A DNA stretch of 63,906 bases, filler included, from Octopus bimaculoides (GCF_001194135.2; 7 parts of 4 records of this genome joined end to end with filler, not necessarily neighbours in it), one strand, 5' to 3'. Numbered from the whole stretch's first letter, positions 49,450-63,337 are shown. Translations and numbers: made by a program. The notes: generated by a model from the letters alone, not told the origin.

Positions 49450-49785
49450 TTGATAAAGGCATGGGTACGTGGTTCAGAAACTCACTTTGGAACCACGTAG
49501 TTTCAAGTTCAGTCCCACTGCATAGCATCTTCTTTAATTCTGAACTGACCTATGCTTTGTGAGTGAATTTAATAGATAAAGACTATGGAAGCCCACTGTA
49601 TATAGGTGGGGGGTTGTCCCTAAACTACTTCACAGCCATTGTTTGTTTTGCTTATATCCCCATAACTTAGCAGTTTGCAAAAGAGACCAGACTTTAAAAC
49701 AAGTAGTGGGGTCGATTGGAGATAATTTGTTTGGCTAAATCCTAGGTCGTGCCCCAGCATGTTCACAGCCCTGTGACTGAAACAA
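49450..49785 (+). mobile_element. SINE family 1, degenerate
   Basis: gttcagtcccactgc..cataacttagc..ggggtcgatt..gccccagcatg..gactgaaacaag. Confidence 0.7.
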
Positions 49786-51239
49786 GAAGTTAATTAAGTT
49801 AATTCATTTATTCAGACGAGAACATATGTAAATATAATACATATACACATATACATACATACTCATCTACTCGTCCTTACACACACACATGCAAGCACAC
49901 ACACATACACACACACAGACGCGCACACGGATCGCTGTTCTTTTCCACATTCAGTTTTTCGATCGACGAAATTACTTATTCATTGAATTATTCTATAAAA
50001 AGTGGCTGTGTATTTTTGTACTCTTAATGTAATCCTCAATCAGAACCAGGGCGACACAGGTACAATCCATCCGATGGTGTTCCACACATTTTCCATCTAC
50101 CCAGTTTCATTTACAAGCATTTGGGTTCGTTTAAGGCTATGGTAAAAGACAATTGTCCAAAACACCATGCAAGAAGATCGAACCCGGATCCTTAAGATTG
50201 CGAAACGAACTTCTGAAATACTCAGCTTTGACTGCGTCCAGATGCACGCACACGCCTGCGCCTTCATGATAAGCTTTAAGTTAGTTTTAACCACAAACCT
50301 TCTGACCACATTCTCACGCTTTAATCTTTCCAAAAAGTTCAATGCATTAATTTAAACAGGGTGATCACAATTGGTTTTGATCAGGGCCGTCTTAGCAGCA
50401 TTATAGGCATCTAAGCAAACCAATGGACTGGGCCCTTAGAAATTGGCTCCTAGAACTACGAGATCCTCGGGCAATTGTTTAGTGTTCACATACCCTAAGA
50501 TGGGAGTGGCTTTCATCTTAGTTCTGCTCGATCAGGGTCCGTCTGGAGTTTAGCAATATTGGTGAAAAGATGAACTGATGCACGTAGAATAAATGTTCCT
50601 ATCCGAGAGACAAACGAAAGAATTCTAAGGAATTTGAACGCAAGAACTAGCTATCCATTACTATATCCACGTGTCTGCTTGTACACAAAACACGTAAATT
50701 ATGATTGTTAATTAAAACTATTTTTATATTTCCAATAAATTTTTCTTCCGAAAAATATAAAATTACGTTACGTTTAAAAGATAACTGTGAATGATTTGTG
50801 TGCGCCATAAAAAATGTTTATTTTATGCTTTGTAGTCGATATTTAAAGTTTCTTCAACAGTTGTTTATTATATTAGCAGAAATATTATTTTCGGGTGTAA
50901 AAAGTCTCTTATAACTTTATTTAAATTAATTTTTTTTAATTGCTTTCTCAGCAAAACTGAGAGGACTCTGACTGACACTTATAAAANNNNNNNNNNNNNN
51001 NNNNNNNNNNNNNNNNNNNNNNNNNNNNNNNNNNNNNNNNNNNNNNNNNNNNNNNNNNNNNNNNNNNNNNNNNNNNNNNNNNNNNNNNNNNNNNNNNNNN
51101 NNNNNNNNNNNNNNNNNNNNNNNNNNNNNNNNNNNNNNNNNNNNNNNNNNNNNNNNNNNNNNNNNNNNNNNNNNNNNNNNNNNNNNNNNNNNNNNNNNNN
51201 NNNNNNNNNNNNNNNNNNNNNNNNNNNNNNNNNNNNAGA

Positions 51240-51296
<57 letters not shown>

Positions 51297-51617
51297 GGGG
51301 GGACAGACAGACAGACAAACAGATAGATAGACAGATAGACAGATAGACAGACAGGTAGACAGACAGACAGGTAGACAGATACATACATACATACATACAT
51401 ACATACATACATACATACATAAGTTTCTAGTATATTATATGGATTCTTAGAACCGTGTAGCTATCACAGAAAGCTCCTCTTGTGAATTCGGCTAACAGAC
51501 AACATAGTAATCCAATACGGAGGAGTATAATCCAGAGATCCATGCAGCTGAAATCCAGAAGGTCCGATCGGTGAAATTATTTCATGAGGAATTTATAAAC
51601 AATAAAATGTCAGGAGG

Positions 51618-51734
51618 ATTACGGCCGTTTCGCAGCCTTCATCATATAAGCGCGCATATGAGTGCAGACATGTAAAATAATAATTATACGCTGAAATTAT
51701 CATTACATAATGAAGGCTGTGAAACGGCCGTAAT
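51618..51734. repeat. 30-bp inverted repeat pair, MITE-like
   Basis: attacggccgtttcgcagccttcatcatat versus acataatgaaggctgtgaaacggccgtaat. Confidence 0.75.
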
Positions 51735-51853
51735 TCTATGGGTGACAAGTGGTTAAATAAATATATTCACCTCTCGTACCTCTTGACGTTTTACAGTTTA
51801 CACACACACACGCACGTACACACACACACACACACACACACATACATATATAT

Positions 51854-51900
<47 letters not shown>

Positions 51901-53437
51901 CTTTCTCCCTTCCCCTTGACTGTCTATCTATCATTTATCATTTCATGTCTCTCTTACACCCATGATCTATAGTATGGGTCTCACTCTCTTTCACTCATAC
52001 ACTCACCCTCATAACCAACCAACCACCACCACCCCACACACACATGCACACACGTTCGCTCTCTTCAGAACTATTGTCATTTATATCGGGTCCTCCGGAG
52101 TACGAACTGAGACAAACTGCCCCATCTCTCTCTCTCTCTTTCTCTCCCTCTCTCTCTCTCTCTTTCTCTCCCTCTCTCTCTCTCTCTTTCTCTCCCCCTC
52201 TCTCTCTCTCTCTATCTATCTCTAGCTCTCTATGTATCTATCTATCTATCTATCTCTTTCTGTCTCCTCTCTCCTTTCTCTCTCTCTCTCCTTCTCTCTC
52301 CGCTTTCTCTTCTCTCTCTTTCTTCTTCTATCTCCTCTTTCTCTTCTCTCTCTCTTCTTCTCTCTCCTCTTTCCATTCTCTCTCTTCTTCTCTCTCCTCT
52401 TTTCTGTCTCTCTTTCTTATTCTCTCTCCTCTTTCTCTGTTTCTCTCCTCGTTCCCTTCTCTCTCTCTCGCTTTCTCTCTTTCGGTCTCACTCGCTCTCT
52501 TACACACACACACACACACACGCACACACACACACACACACACACGCACGCACACACACACACACACACACACACCTTTGTCTATCTCTGCCGCACATAC
52601 ACCCTCTCACTCATCCACACCCATTCTCTCGCTCTCTTTCTATCATCGGGTCCGGTGTGCGAACGATTGCTGTGACAAACACCTNNNNNNNNNNNNNNNN
52701 NNNNNNNNNNNNNNNNNNNNNNNNNNNNNNNNNNNNNNNNNNNNNNNNNNNNNNNNNNNNNNNNNNNNNNNNNNNNNNNNNNNNNNNNNNNNNNNNNNNN
52801 NNNNNNNNNNNNNNNNNNNNNNNNNNNNNNNNNNNNNNNNNNNNNNNNNNNNNNNNNNNNNNNNNNNNNNNNNNNNNNNNNNNNNNNNNNNNNNNNNNNN
52901 NNNNNNNNNNNNNNNNNNNNNNNNNNNNNNNNNNNNNNNNNNNNNNNNNNNNNNNNNNNNNNNNNNNNNNNNNNNNNNNNNNNNNNNNNNNNNNNNNNNN
53001 NNNNNNNNNNNNNNNNNNNNNNNNNNNNNNNNNNNNNNNNNNNNNNNNNNNNNNNNNNNNNNNNNNNNNNNNNNNNNNNNNNNNNNNNNNNNNNNNNNNN
53101 NNNNNNNNNNNNNNNNNNNNNNNNNNNNNNNNNNNNNNNNNNNNNNNNNNNNNNNNNNNNNNNNNNNNNNNNNNNNNNNNNNNNNNNNNNNNNNNNNNNN
53201 NNNNNNNNNNNNNNNNNNNNNNNNNNNNNNNNNNNNNNNNNNNNNNNNNNNNNNNNNNNNNNNNNNNNNNNNNNNNNNNNNNNNNNNNNNNNNNNNNNNN
53301 NNNNNNNNNNNNNNNNNNNNNNNNNNNNNNNNNNNNNNNNNNNNNNNNNNNNNNNNNNNNNNNNNNNNNNNNNNNNNNNNNNNNNNNNNNNNNNNNNNNN
53401 NNNNNNNNNNCCAATGCAACACACAACAACACACACG

Positions 53438-53483
<46 letters not shown>

Positions 53484-53776
53484 AAAGCACCACCGCTGCA
53501 GGACCACAGATACAACAATACATATATACATTATATACAGACGCATACATACGCTCAAACACAAAGGCAAACACATATACAAACACACACAACACACACA
53601 AGCACACACATACAAACACACACATACACACACTGTTTCTATCTGCGCGATTTTCTGTCGCTGTTATTTCTTCTTTNNNNNNNNNNNNNNNNNNNNNNNN
53701 NNNNNNNNNNNNNNNNNNNNTTAATTAATTAANNNNNNNNNNNNNNNNNNNNNNNNNNNNNNNNNNNNNNNNNNNN

Positions 53777-53849
<73 letters not shown>

Positions 53850-54779
53850 ATAAGTTGTACAATGTCTATAGATATATTCGTATGCATGCGAGTGCGTGTG
53901 CTTGTGTACTTTGCACACACTCACGTACACACATTCGCACCCACGACTACATTTATGTATAAAATATAACATATCACTTCGTCATTGTATTTGATTTGCA
54001 AGATTCTTGATGTGAATCAAGATTCTTGATGCGCCGAAAGAAATCTTTTGCCATTACGGTAATAATAATAAATAACACACGCACTGGTTCAATATCACTT
54101 CTCTATCATTAGTCTATCGGTTAAGTATCTAACCGACTAACTGATCGATCGTTTGTTTAATGTGTTGATTAAACAATCAATTTGACAAGCGTAACTAACC
54201 GATATGTAGTTTACTTCCCAATCCGTAAAATATATAACATTCGAATACTAGGGTCGATGTAATTGATTTGTCTTCTTCCTTCTAAACTGATGTTGTAGTC
54301 TTTCCTTTTTTAGAAATATCAACATGCAACGTACCATAAGATTTAATTGCAAGATATTTCTAGGAAAAATGAAAATGTATATTCTTTACTCTTTTGTTTG
54401 TTTAAATATCGTTTCTAACAGGGGGGGGAAAATGTTCTTTCTCTAAAAGACCTCTTTGATAAAACACGCAATAAATGTTAGCTTTAGCAGCACTGAGAAT
54501 TGTGCAGCTTTAATATCAAAGATTCACTAAAAACCACAAATATAACCATAAACAAAGAAACAGCTATGTTTGTGGTAATGTTTGTGGTTTTTGAGATACA
54601 TCTGATCTAAAAGTCTCTGTAATATTTTGTCCCTTCAGCGGGAAGTGGTTTGTTAAAACACTTCTTTAATGAGTAAAAGTTTTCTTTTTTTTCTCTCTAC
54701 GTATTTCACGGAAGCTTAATGAGGCTGAAGTCTAATTCATTTAAAAACTGTGTTAAATGCAGAATCGCTTCATGATTTT

Positions 54780-54970
54780 AAATCAGAACGCAAAAGCCGA
54801 AAACATCAGAAATATTAAAATGCCACACTGGAACGATAGAGCTGGTGAGTACACCTCGCGAAAGATTGCCCGTTTTTAAATAAGAAATCTGAGCTTGTCT
54901 CAAAGTGCCGACGTGAACACTGTTTTAATTTAAAAGAATTCCAATTGTAAGTTGGGATGAAATTCTGTTT
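54780..54970 (+). mobile_element. PLE GIY-YIG C-terminal fragment (LNKRSELVSKCRH-type) ending at (TA)n
   Basis: FLNKKSELVSKCRREHCF..* then short UTR and (TA)n. Confidence 0.55.
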
Positions 54971-57542
54971 CCTATAAAAAAAAATGACTATATATATATA
55001 NNNNNNNNNNNNNNNNNNNNNNNNNNNNNNNNNNNNNNNNNNNNNNNNNNNNNNNNNNNNNNNNNNNNNNNNNNNNNNNNNNNNNNNNNNNNNNNNNNNN
55101 NNNNNNNNNNNNNNNNNNNNNNNNNNNNNNNNNNNNNNNNNNNNNNNNNNNNNNNNNNNNNNNNNNNNNNNNNNNNNNNNNNNNNNNNNNNNNNNNNNNN
55201 NNNNNNNNNNNNNNNNNNNNNNNNNNNNNNNNNNNNNNNNNNNNNNNNNNNNNNNNNNNNNNNNNNNNNNNNNNNNCAGCAAAAATAAGATAGAAATAAA
55301 AATAAAAATACAATTGAAATCAAAATATAAATAAAAATAAAAATAAAAAATACAAATAAGGGTACAGGAGGAAAAAAAATAATAGTAGTAAAAAAGAATA
55401 CATAAATGAAGGTATAGCATGTGGGACATGCAAACATATAGAAAAGATATATGTCAAAAAACCCTTAGAAACACAAGGCACCCAAAAAGCCTACAAACAT
55501 TATAGATAGATCGCTATAGGCACTCCAATGTACATCTATATGTGTTGGTTCGTGTGCACAGCCTTACTCGGATGTCCCCTAACTCTCATGTGTGCATATA
55601 CAAGTTTTTATAAGCAAACATTCCACCACATACGTTGTTTGTGGCATCAGCTCTATTAGCCGTATCTAGAAAGCTGGAAGTGTTTTTTAGAAAGGAGGTT
55701 TTGTTGAGTGTGTGTGTGTCATTTCTGTATATATTGGAAGGTTCTATGTAGAAGTTCATTTTATACAAGTTATTAATGTTCTAGTAGCAATTAATGTTCT
55801 AGTAGCAATAACAGNNNNNNNNNNNNNNNNNNNNNNNNNNNNNNNNNNNNNNNNNNNNNNNNNNNNNNNNNNNNNNNNNNNNNNNNNNNNNNNNNNNNNN
55901 NNNNNNNNNNNNNNNNNNNNNNNNNNNNNNNNNNNNNNNNNNNNNNNNNNNNNNNNNNNNNNNNNNNNNNNNNNNNNNNNNNNNNNNNNNNNNNNNNNNN
56001 NNNNNNNNNNNNNNNNNNNNNNNNNNNNNNNNNNNNNNNNNNNNNNNNNNNNNNNNNNNNNNNNNNNNNNNNNNNNNNNNNNNNNNNNNNNNNNNNNNNN
56101 NNNNNNNNNNNNNNNNNNNNNNNNNNNNNNNNNNNNNNNNNNNNNNNNNNNNNNNNNNNNNNNNNNNNNNNNNNNNNNNNNNNNNNNNNNNNNNNNNNNN
56201 NNNNNNNNNNNNNNNNNNNNNNNNNNNNNNNNNNNNNNNNNNNNNNNNNNNNNNNNNNNNNNNNNNNNNNNNNNNNNNNNNNNNNNNNNNNNNNNNNNNN
56301 NNNNNNNNNNNNNNNNNNNNNNNNNNNNNNNNNNNNNNNNNNNNNNNNNNNNNNNNNNNNNNNNNNNNNNNNNNNNNNNNNNNNNNNNNNNNNNNNNNNN
56401 NNNNNNNNNNNNNNNNNNNNNNNNNNNNNNNNNNNNNNNNNNNNNNNNNNNNNNNNNNNNNNNNNNNNNNNNNNNNNNNNNNNNNNNNNNNNNNNNNNNN
56501 NNNNNNNNNNNNNNNNNNNNNNNNNNNNNNNNNNNNNNNNNNNNNNNNNNNNNNNNNNNNNNNNNNNNNNNNNNNNNNNNNNNNNNNNNNNNNNNNNNNN
56601 NNNNNNNNNNNNNNNNNNNNNNNNNNNNNNNNNNNNNNNNNNNNNNNNNNNNNNNNNNNNNNNNNNNNNNNNNNNNNNNNNNNNNNNNNNNNNNNNNNNN
56701 NNNNNNNNNNNNNNNNNNNNNNNNNNNNNNNNNNNNNNAGTATATGATGTATGGATCTATACGTATTCATTTTTCTACCTAGTTAGCTATTCCTATATCT
56801 ATTTGTATGTAGAAACATATATAAATACATATAAATGTATGCACGCACACACATGTAATATATCTATGTAATATATGTATGCACACACACACAAATGTAA
56901 TATATCTATGTAAGTATGTATGTATTATATATGTACGTATGTATGTATGTAACTATGTGCATATATATGTATCGTAGAATGTATCTGTATATTTTTAATT
57001 ATGTTGTTTCATTTTTTTAATATTTTCCGTATGGTCATTATTTTACAATTATGGTTATTTTTTTCATATTTCACGATATTCTATATATGTTCTATGTATA
57101 TTTCTAAATATATTTTAAATATTTTTCTCATTTCTACTTTCACTTTCACAATCATTGCTCTCCTTTTACAGACATCGAACCATCCCACCATGCAGAACAC
57201 TAATTTTCATGCTATATTTATTGTTTTTTAACACCTTTGTTAATTATTATAACAATTATAATTTAATTTTCAATTTTGTAAATTATTTAATTATTAAATT
57301 CTTAATGATTAACGATTCTTAATTTTTAACACCAAAAGTTTGAATTCAACTTCTGATACTGAAATAAATCTGAGGCTTTAGGAAAAACAAAAAACAAGAA
57401 AAAAAATCAAAAACAAAACAACAAAGAGGAAAAATACAAAACAATGCCACAAATATCGTAGAATGGAAAGATAAACGGCCTTATAGAGTCATTAGATGTA
57501 AATAATTACATAGACATGTATAAATAAAGGAATGTATAGTCG

Positions 57543-57710
57543 TAGGAGTGGCCTTGTAGTAAGTAGCATGCTTACCAACCACATGGTTCTACGTTCAGTC
57601 CCACTGCGTTGCACCTTAGGCAAGTGTCTTCTACTCTAGCCTCGGGCTGACCAAAGCCTTGTGAGTAGATTTGGTAGACGGAAACTGAAAGAAGCCCTTC
57701 GTATATATAT
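57543..57710 (+). mobile_element. SINE family 1, 5' half
   Basis: taggagtggcc..taccaaccacatgg..ttcagtcccactgcg..ggtagacggaaactgaaagaagccc. Confidence 0.85.
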
Positions 57711-58000
57711 ATAGGCGTGGGCGCGTGCGTGCGTGCGTATGTATGTGCATGGATGCGTGTCTATAAATATGTGAATATGTGCATATTACTGTGTGCGTGT
57801 ATACATGTATACATACATATAAAACACACATACACACACACACAAACACGCATATACACACAATTATATATAAAAATATATGCACCTCTGTGATTTTGTG
57901 GCTCCCTCTCTATCTATACAGATATACTTCTATGTATGGGTATATATATGTGTGTGTATATATAACGTATGATATAGACAGAAAAATACACAGATAGACA

Positions 58001-58075
<75 letters not shown>

Positions 58076-58175
58076 GTATACATATATATATATATTACAT
58101 ATATGTGTATATATATATATATATACACATGTAAGCATACCTATCTACCAAACCTACCTACCTACCTACATACAT

Positions 58176-58207
<32 letters not shown>

Positions 58208-59601
58208 NNNNNNNNNNNNNNNNNNNNNNNNNNNNNNNNNNNNNNNNNNNNNNNNNNNNNNNNNNNNNNNNNNNNNNNNNNNNNNNNNNNNNNNNNNNNN
58301 NNNNNNNNNNNNNNNNNNNNNNNNNNNNNNNNNNNNNNNNNNNNNNNNNNNNNNNNNNNNNNNNNNNNNNNNNNNNNNNNNNNNNNNNNNNNNNNNNNNN
58401 NNNNNNNNNNNNNNNNNNNNNNNNNNNNNNNNNNNNNNNNNNNNNNNNNNNNNNNNNNNNNNNNNNNNNNNNNNNNNNNNNNNNNNNNNNNNNNNNNNNN
58501 NNNNNNNNNNNNNNNNNNNNNNNNNNNNNNNNNNNNNNNNNNNNNNNNNNNNNNNNNNNNNNNNNNNNNNNNNNNNNNNNNNNNNNNNNNNNNNNNNNNN
58601 NNNNNNNNNNNNNNNNNNNNNNNNNNNNNNNNNNNNNNNNNNNNNNNNNNNNNNNNNNNNNNNNNNNNNNNNNNNNNNNNNNNNNNNNNNNNNNNNNNNN
58701 NNNNNNNNNNNNNNNNNNNNNNNNNNNNNNNNNNNNNNNNNNNNNNNNNNNNNNNNNNNNNNNNNNNNNNNNNNNNNNNNNNNNNNNNNNNNNNNNNNNN
58801 NNNNNNNNNNNNNNNNNNNNNNNNNNNNNNNNNNNNNNNNNNNNNNNNNNNNNNNNNNNNNNNNNNNNNNNNNNNNNNNNNNNNNNNNNNNNNNNNNNNN
58901 NNNNNNNNNNNNNNNNNNNNNNNNNNNNNNNNNNNNNNNNNNNNNNNNNNNNNNNNNNNNNNNNNNNNNNNNNNNNNNNNNNNNNNNNNNNNNNNNNNNN
59001 NNNNNNNNNNNNNNNNNNNNNNNNNNNNNNNNNNNNNNNNNTCTTACGGAAGTTTTATTTTAGTGTGACTTTTGGTTGTTATTTCCAACGGATCCACTGG
59101 CTGCAGGGAATATCATCCGTTTATATTTATCCAACGAAACTATCGTGCTTGCTATAGTTTAGCAGTGGGTCCACTTTGAGTGAGAAGATCCATGTTCGAA
59201 TGCATTGCAGCCCTTACCACCACGAAATGTATATTATATCTAATGCATCATTTCCAATGAAATCTAGTGAGTTTTTATGCAAGTGAAAATAGACTACTAT
59301 TTCAATTATGCTGAAATACCAAGTAGATGTGGTCGTGGTATGTTTGTGTGGCTAGAATTCCAAGTAATATGGGCCTCCACCTACGGGCACTCACATATAC
59401 ACACGTACACACACAGGCACGTACAACACATATACAACGTGTGCTAACACATGCACACTCTCACACAAATATACTGATATGTGTATATACACACTGAAGT
59501 ATATGACATTTGTGTATATATAATATGTATTTTTCTTTACTTATATACATAGGCAAATGACTGAAACAAGTAAAAGAGTAAAAGAGTAAAAGAGTAAAAG
59601 A

Positions 59602-59643
<42 letters not shown>

Positions 59644-59645
<2 letters not shown>

Positions 59646-59834
59646 GAGAATATACGAAAAAAAACAACAACAGACGAGGACAGGTGGTGTAAACGACAAA
59701 AGGATGTGTTAGTATGACGCTCGGGAATACGGAAAGTCTTTGACGTTTCGAGCTACGCTCTTCAACAGAAAGAATACGGAGACAAGGAGAAAAACACGGA
59801 GAAAAAAAATTGAATAGCGTTCAGTCAACGGTCA
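59644..59834 (-). mobile_element. PLE terminal repeat family A
   Basis: Near-identical to 17776-17970; abuts (TA)n that follows a SINE1 (GAGTAAAA)n tail. Confidence 0.75.
59737..59773 (-). ncRNA. Minimal hammerhead-like motif, U6 variant
   Basis: Identical to 17868-17904. Confidence 0.65.
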
Positions 59835-60213
59835 GTCACACGTATGTGTGTGTGTAGGGTGGTATCTATTTGAGTATAGACACACACTCAGTTATAGTGA
59901 TTGTTCACGCACATACACAACATGGACATAAAGCGATGCCCATAAAAATTACAAATAAACGCTAGAACACTGGAAACACGCCACAGTGTCACATAAGTAG
60001 AAAACTACACTCACACATAAGAAACACGAAAGCTGTCAGATTTACTTATTAAAGACACAACCACACACACACTCCCATACACACATGTTCCGTGCACACA
60101 CGGAACATACATTCAGTAACACACTCTCTCGCACGCGCGCAAATGGTTGTGATAAACAGTCTAGTTAATTCAGTAAGATTTCAAAACTACAACAGCTGCT
60201 GGTACTAGTGCTC

Positions 60214-60285
<72 letters not shown>

Positions 60286-60443
60286 GAGGTGTGTGATTTG
60301 GAAAATCATTGAATGTGATTACCGAGTGCAAATTTGTCATTAAAAAATTCTTCTCCAATCTGTCCTTGTTACACACACAAGCATACAAGCTAACATATAC
60401 ATACATTTATACATTTTCATATATATATATATATGTATATGTA

Positions 60444-60478
<35 letters not shown>

Positions 60479-60490
60479 GCATATATATAT

Positions 60491-60797
60491 TGTTGTTGGC
60501 ACTCCGTCGCTTACGACGACGAGGATTCCGGTTGATCCGATTAACAGCTTGCTCGTGAAATTAACGTGCAAGTGGCTGAGCATTCCACACACACACACAT
60601 GTGTACCCCTTAACGTTGGAACAAGGCTGGCCCTTTGAAATACAGATAGAACAAAAACAGGAAGTAAAAGTGAGAGAAAGTTGTGATAAAAGAGTTCAGC
60701 AGGGTTCGCTACCATCTTACAAAGCCCGGTCTGGAAATCGAAACCGCAATCCTTTGACCACGAGTCAGCTGCCCTAAACAGTGGGCCATTGTGTCTC

Positions 60798-60800
<3 letters not shown>
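60491..60800 (-). mobile_element. SINE family 2 with internal deletions
   Basis: Reverse complement of 45126-45515. Confidence 0.85.
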
Positions 60801-60831
<31 letters not shown>

Positions 60832-60931
60832 NNNNNNNNNNNNNNNNNNNNNNNNNNNNNNNNNNNNNNNNNNNNTTAATTAATTAANNNNNNNNNNNNN
60901 NNNNNNNNNNNNNNNNNNNNNNNNNNNNNNN

Positions 60932-60978
<47 letters not shown>

Positions 60979-61499
60979 AGATAGTATATAGGAGTTAGTT
61001 ATAGTTTACTGATAGAATTATTAATTTACCTATACTGTTTTTGTACATAGGGTAAATGTGGTTTCTTCGTTGTATTTTAATTATTAATGTTAGTGTTTAA
61101 TCCTTCTTAGTATTATGATTGAATGAATGTAGTGATATCTATGGTATGGCCAATAAAACAGAAATGAATTATACATACAATACAAATATATATATATATA
61201 TGTATTATGCAAAAAAATTTATTTATCTAAGATATGTTATTTTTAAAATATAGATGAAAAATTATAAAATGTGACAATATAAAATATAAACGTATAAAAA
61301 GGGAATATAACATGAAAAAGAAAATATTTAGAATGTTCCATTTGCAGAAATGTCTAGACGTTTATTACATTGATCATTTCTAAGAAATGAACTTGAATTT
61401 GCTGTTTGTGCACACTCACACGCCGGTTAGCTTGGTTTCTGTTTTTCCGATTTCATTCTCGTTCCATCAGATAGAATTTTTATTTAGCAATTTATGTTT

Positions 61500-61734
61500 C
61501 TTATTTCTTTATTGCCTACAAGGAGCTAAACACAGAGAGGACAAACAAGGACAGACAAGGGGATTAAGTCGATTATATCGACCCCAGTGCGTAACTGGTA
61601 CTTAATTTATCGACCACGAAAGGATGAACGGCAAAGTCGATCTCGGCGGATTTTGAACTCAGAACGTAACGGCAGACGAAATACCGCTAAGTATTTCGTC
61701 CGGCGTGCTCACGTTTCTGCCTGCTCACCGCCTT
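61500..61734 (-). mobile_element. SINE family 4, young
   Basis: aaggcggtgagcaggcagaaacg..ctgagttcaaaatccgcc..ggggtcgatataatcgac. Confidence 0.9.
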
Positions 61735-62590
61735 AGCATTATGTTTCTATTTACCTTCAGCTCCTGCATGTTCTTGAATCTTTTGATTGTTCCGTCTTCA
61801 ATTATTTCCCATGTACCACAACAAGGATTTTCACAGTTCGTTACCTGCTTTAATTCTTTCTCCGATGTGAATATTGGCTTTGTTGGGTGTTTTGTCTTTG
61901 GCAGTTGATTATTTCCTAATCTTGAATTTGTCGAAGATTGGGCAATTGATGTGGAATAGGGGGTAGTCTTTGTTTGGAAGAATGTAGGATGTTGTGCTTC
62001 CTAGGAGTATGGGTGTCTGCAAATGTGAGTAATTCTCCATATGGCGGAAAATTTCTTTTGTTTTGGTTAGATTTTAGGTATTTTTGTGTGTTTTTTTGTT
62101 TTTGAAAGAACATATTTAGTTCTGCCGGTCATCTCTTCTATTTGTGTCTGAGCTATTGCGCATATACGTTTTGCGATATTGAATGGTGCGTTCCTGTTTG
62201 CGTGGGTAAGGTGGCAAGATCTAAAATCTAAATATTGGTATGTCCCTGTGTCCTTGCAGGAGAGATCAGTTCTAACTTTCAGAAACGAAAATTCTTTGTT
62301 ATTCATTTCCATAGTTATTCGTGATTGATATTTATTAATTCAAATAATCTTGCAAGGTCCGCCTTATTTTTTGTTTAAAATGTGAAACAGTCTACCTGGA
62401 AAAAGTGATCATATGTAATTGAATAGGCCTAGAAATAGTGATCTAAAGTAATTTTAGACAGGATATGGATTATTTCTTCCAGAAATCCCATTGTCAGTGT
62501 TGCAAACGGCGGTGCGACTTTCCTCACCATTGCTGTGTATTGTAATTGTAGGTAATATTGATTATTCCTGTAGGTAATTTTGGTTAACAT
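61735..62590 (-). mobile_element. PLE RT/thumb/linker segment (inverted arm)
   Basis: NNQYYLQLQYTAM..KVAPPFATLTMGFLE, KDTGTYQYLDFRSCH..NAPFNIAKRIC, FTSEKELKQVTNC..ELKVNRN. Confidence 0.85.
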
Positions 62591-63020
62591 TGCAAAACAA
62601 AAAAACAAACAAACTGTCATCTACTGCATCATATACCCAAAACGCAACGAGATTCAGGAACAAATTTAATCAACGATGTGAATGTGCACAAGCAGAATGT
62701 TAAAGATTCATCTCTAAGAAATGCTCCAGGTAGAAAACACCTAGATATTGAGCAAATGTAAAATTCAAAATATTCAATTTTTGAAAGATAAAAGATGAGA
62801 CTAATCAATTACGAAAGGCAAAAGTATTTTTTATAAGAATTCTAAATCTGAAATGAAACTGGAAATATTTAAAACCCGAACTAGAAACATTAACTCAGAA
62901 CACGTGCGTCTGAAAAGTCGAACAACGAAAGCGCTTACACACAGTAAAGTTCTTTGTCAAACGTAAAGTTCTGTGCCAAACATTCGTGACATTCCGTTTT
63001 TAAAAACAATTTCTTGAATG
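62583..63020 (+). mobile_element. PLE GIY-YIG and 3' UTR segment
   Basis: CKTK..VIYCI, SGTNL..NVHKQNVKDSSLRN..KHLDI, KFKIF..FFIRILNLK; homologous to 45792-46082. Confidence 0.85.
62904..62942 (+). ncRNA. Minimal hammerhead-like motif with palindromic AGCGCU stem III
   Basis: GUGCGU CUGAAAA GU CGAACA AC GAAA GCGC UU ACACAC; core has A instead of G at position 8. Confidence 0.5.
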
Positions 63021-63337
63021 ATTCATACCTTAACTTTTTTCGAAGGTGGTTATGCAATACAGTATACAATTTCGAACGTTAGCAAATGACATTAAATTTA
63101 CGGAACATCTAGCCATTACGACAAATAACTGTAAGAGAGCTGAAGAGAATAAGAAATCAAAAAAGTGAGGAAGACAAGTCAGAAGAATGAAGGATGAATG
63201 AAAAACCACGGAGTTTATGTCAACTTGTCGTACTATAATGAAAGGGTTTGGATGAATTACTTTAAAAAGAAAAACTGCATAAAAAATCCAGGCCTTATTG
63301 GGAGAATCACAAGGTAAGCTTAGGTATATATATATAT

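Noticed and set aside
50381-50510. cagggccgtctta-type MITE
   Set aside because: Right TIR too degenerate to support
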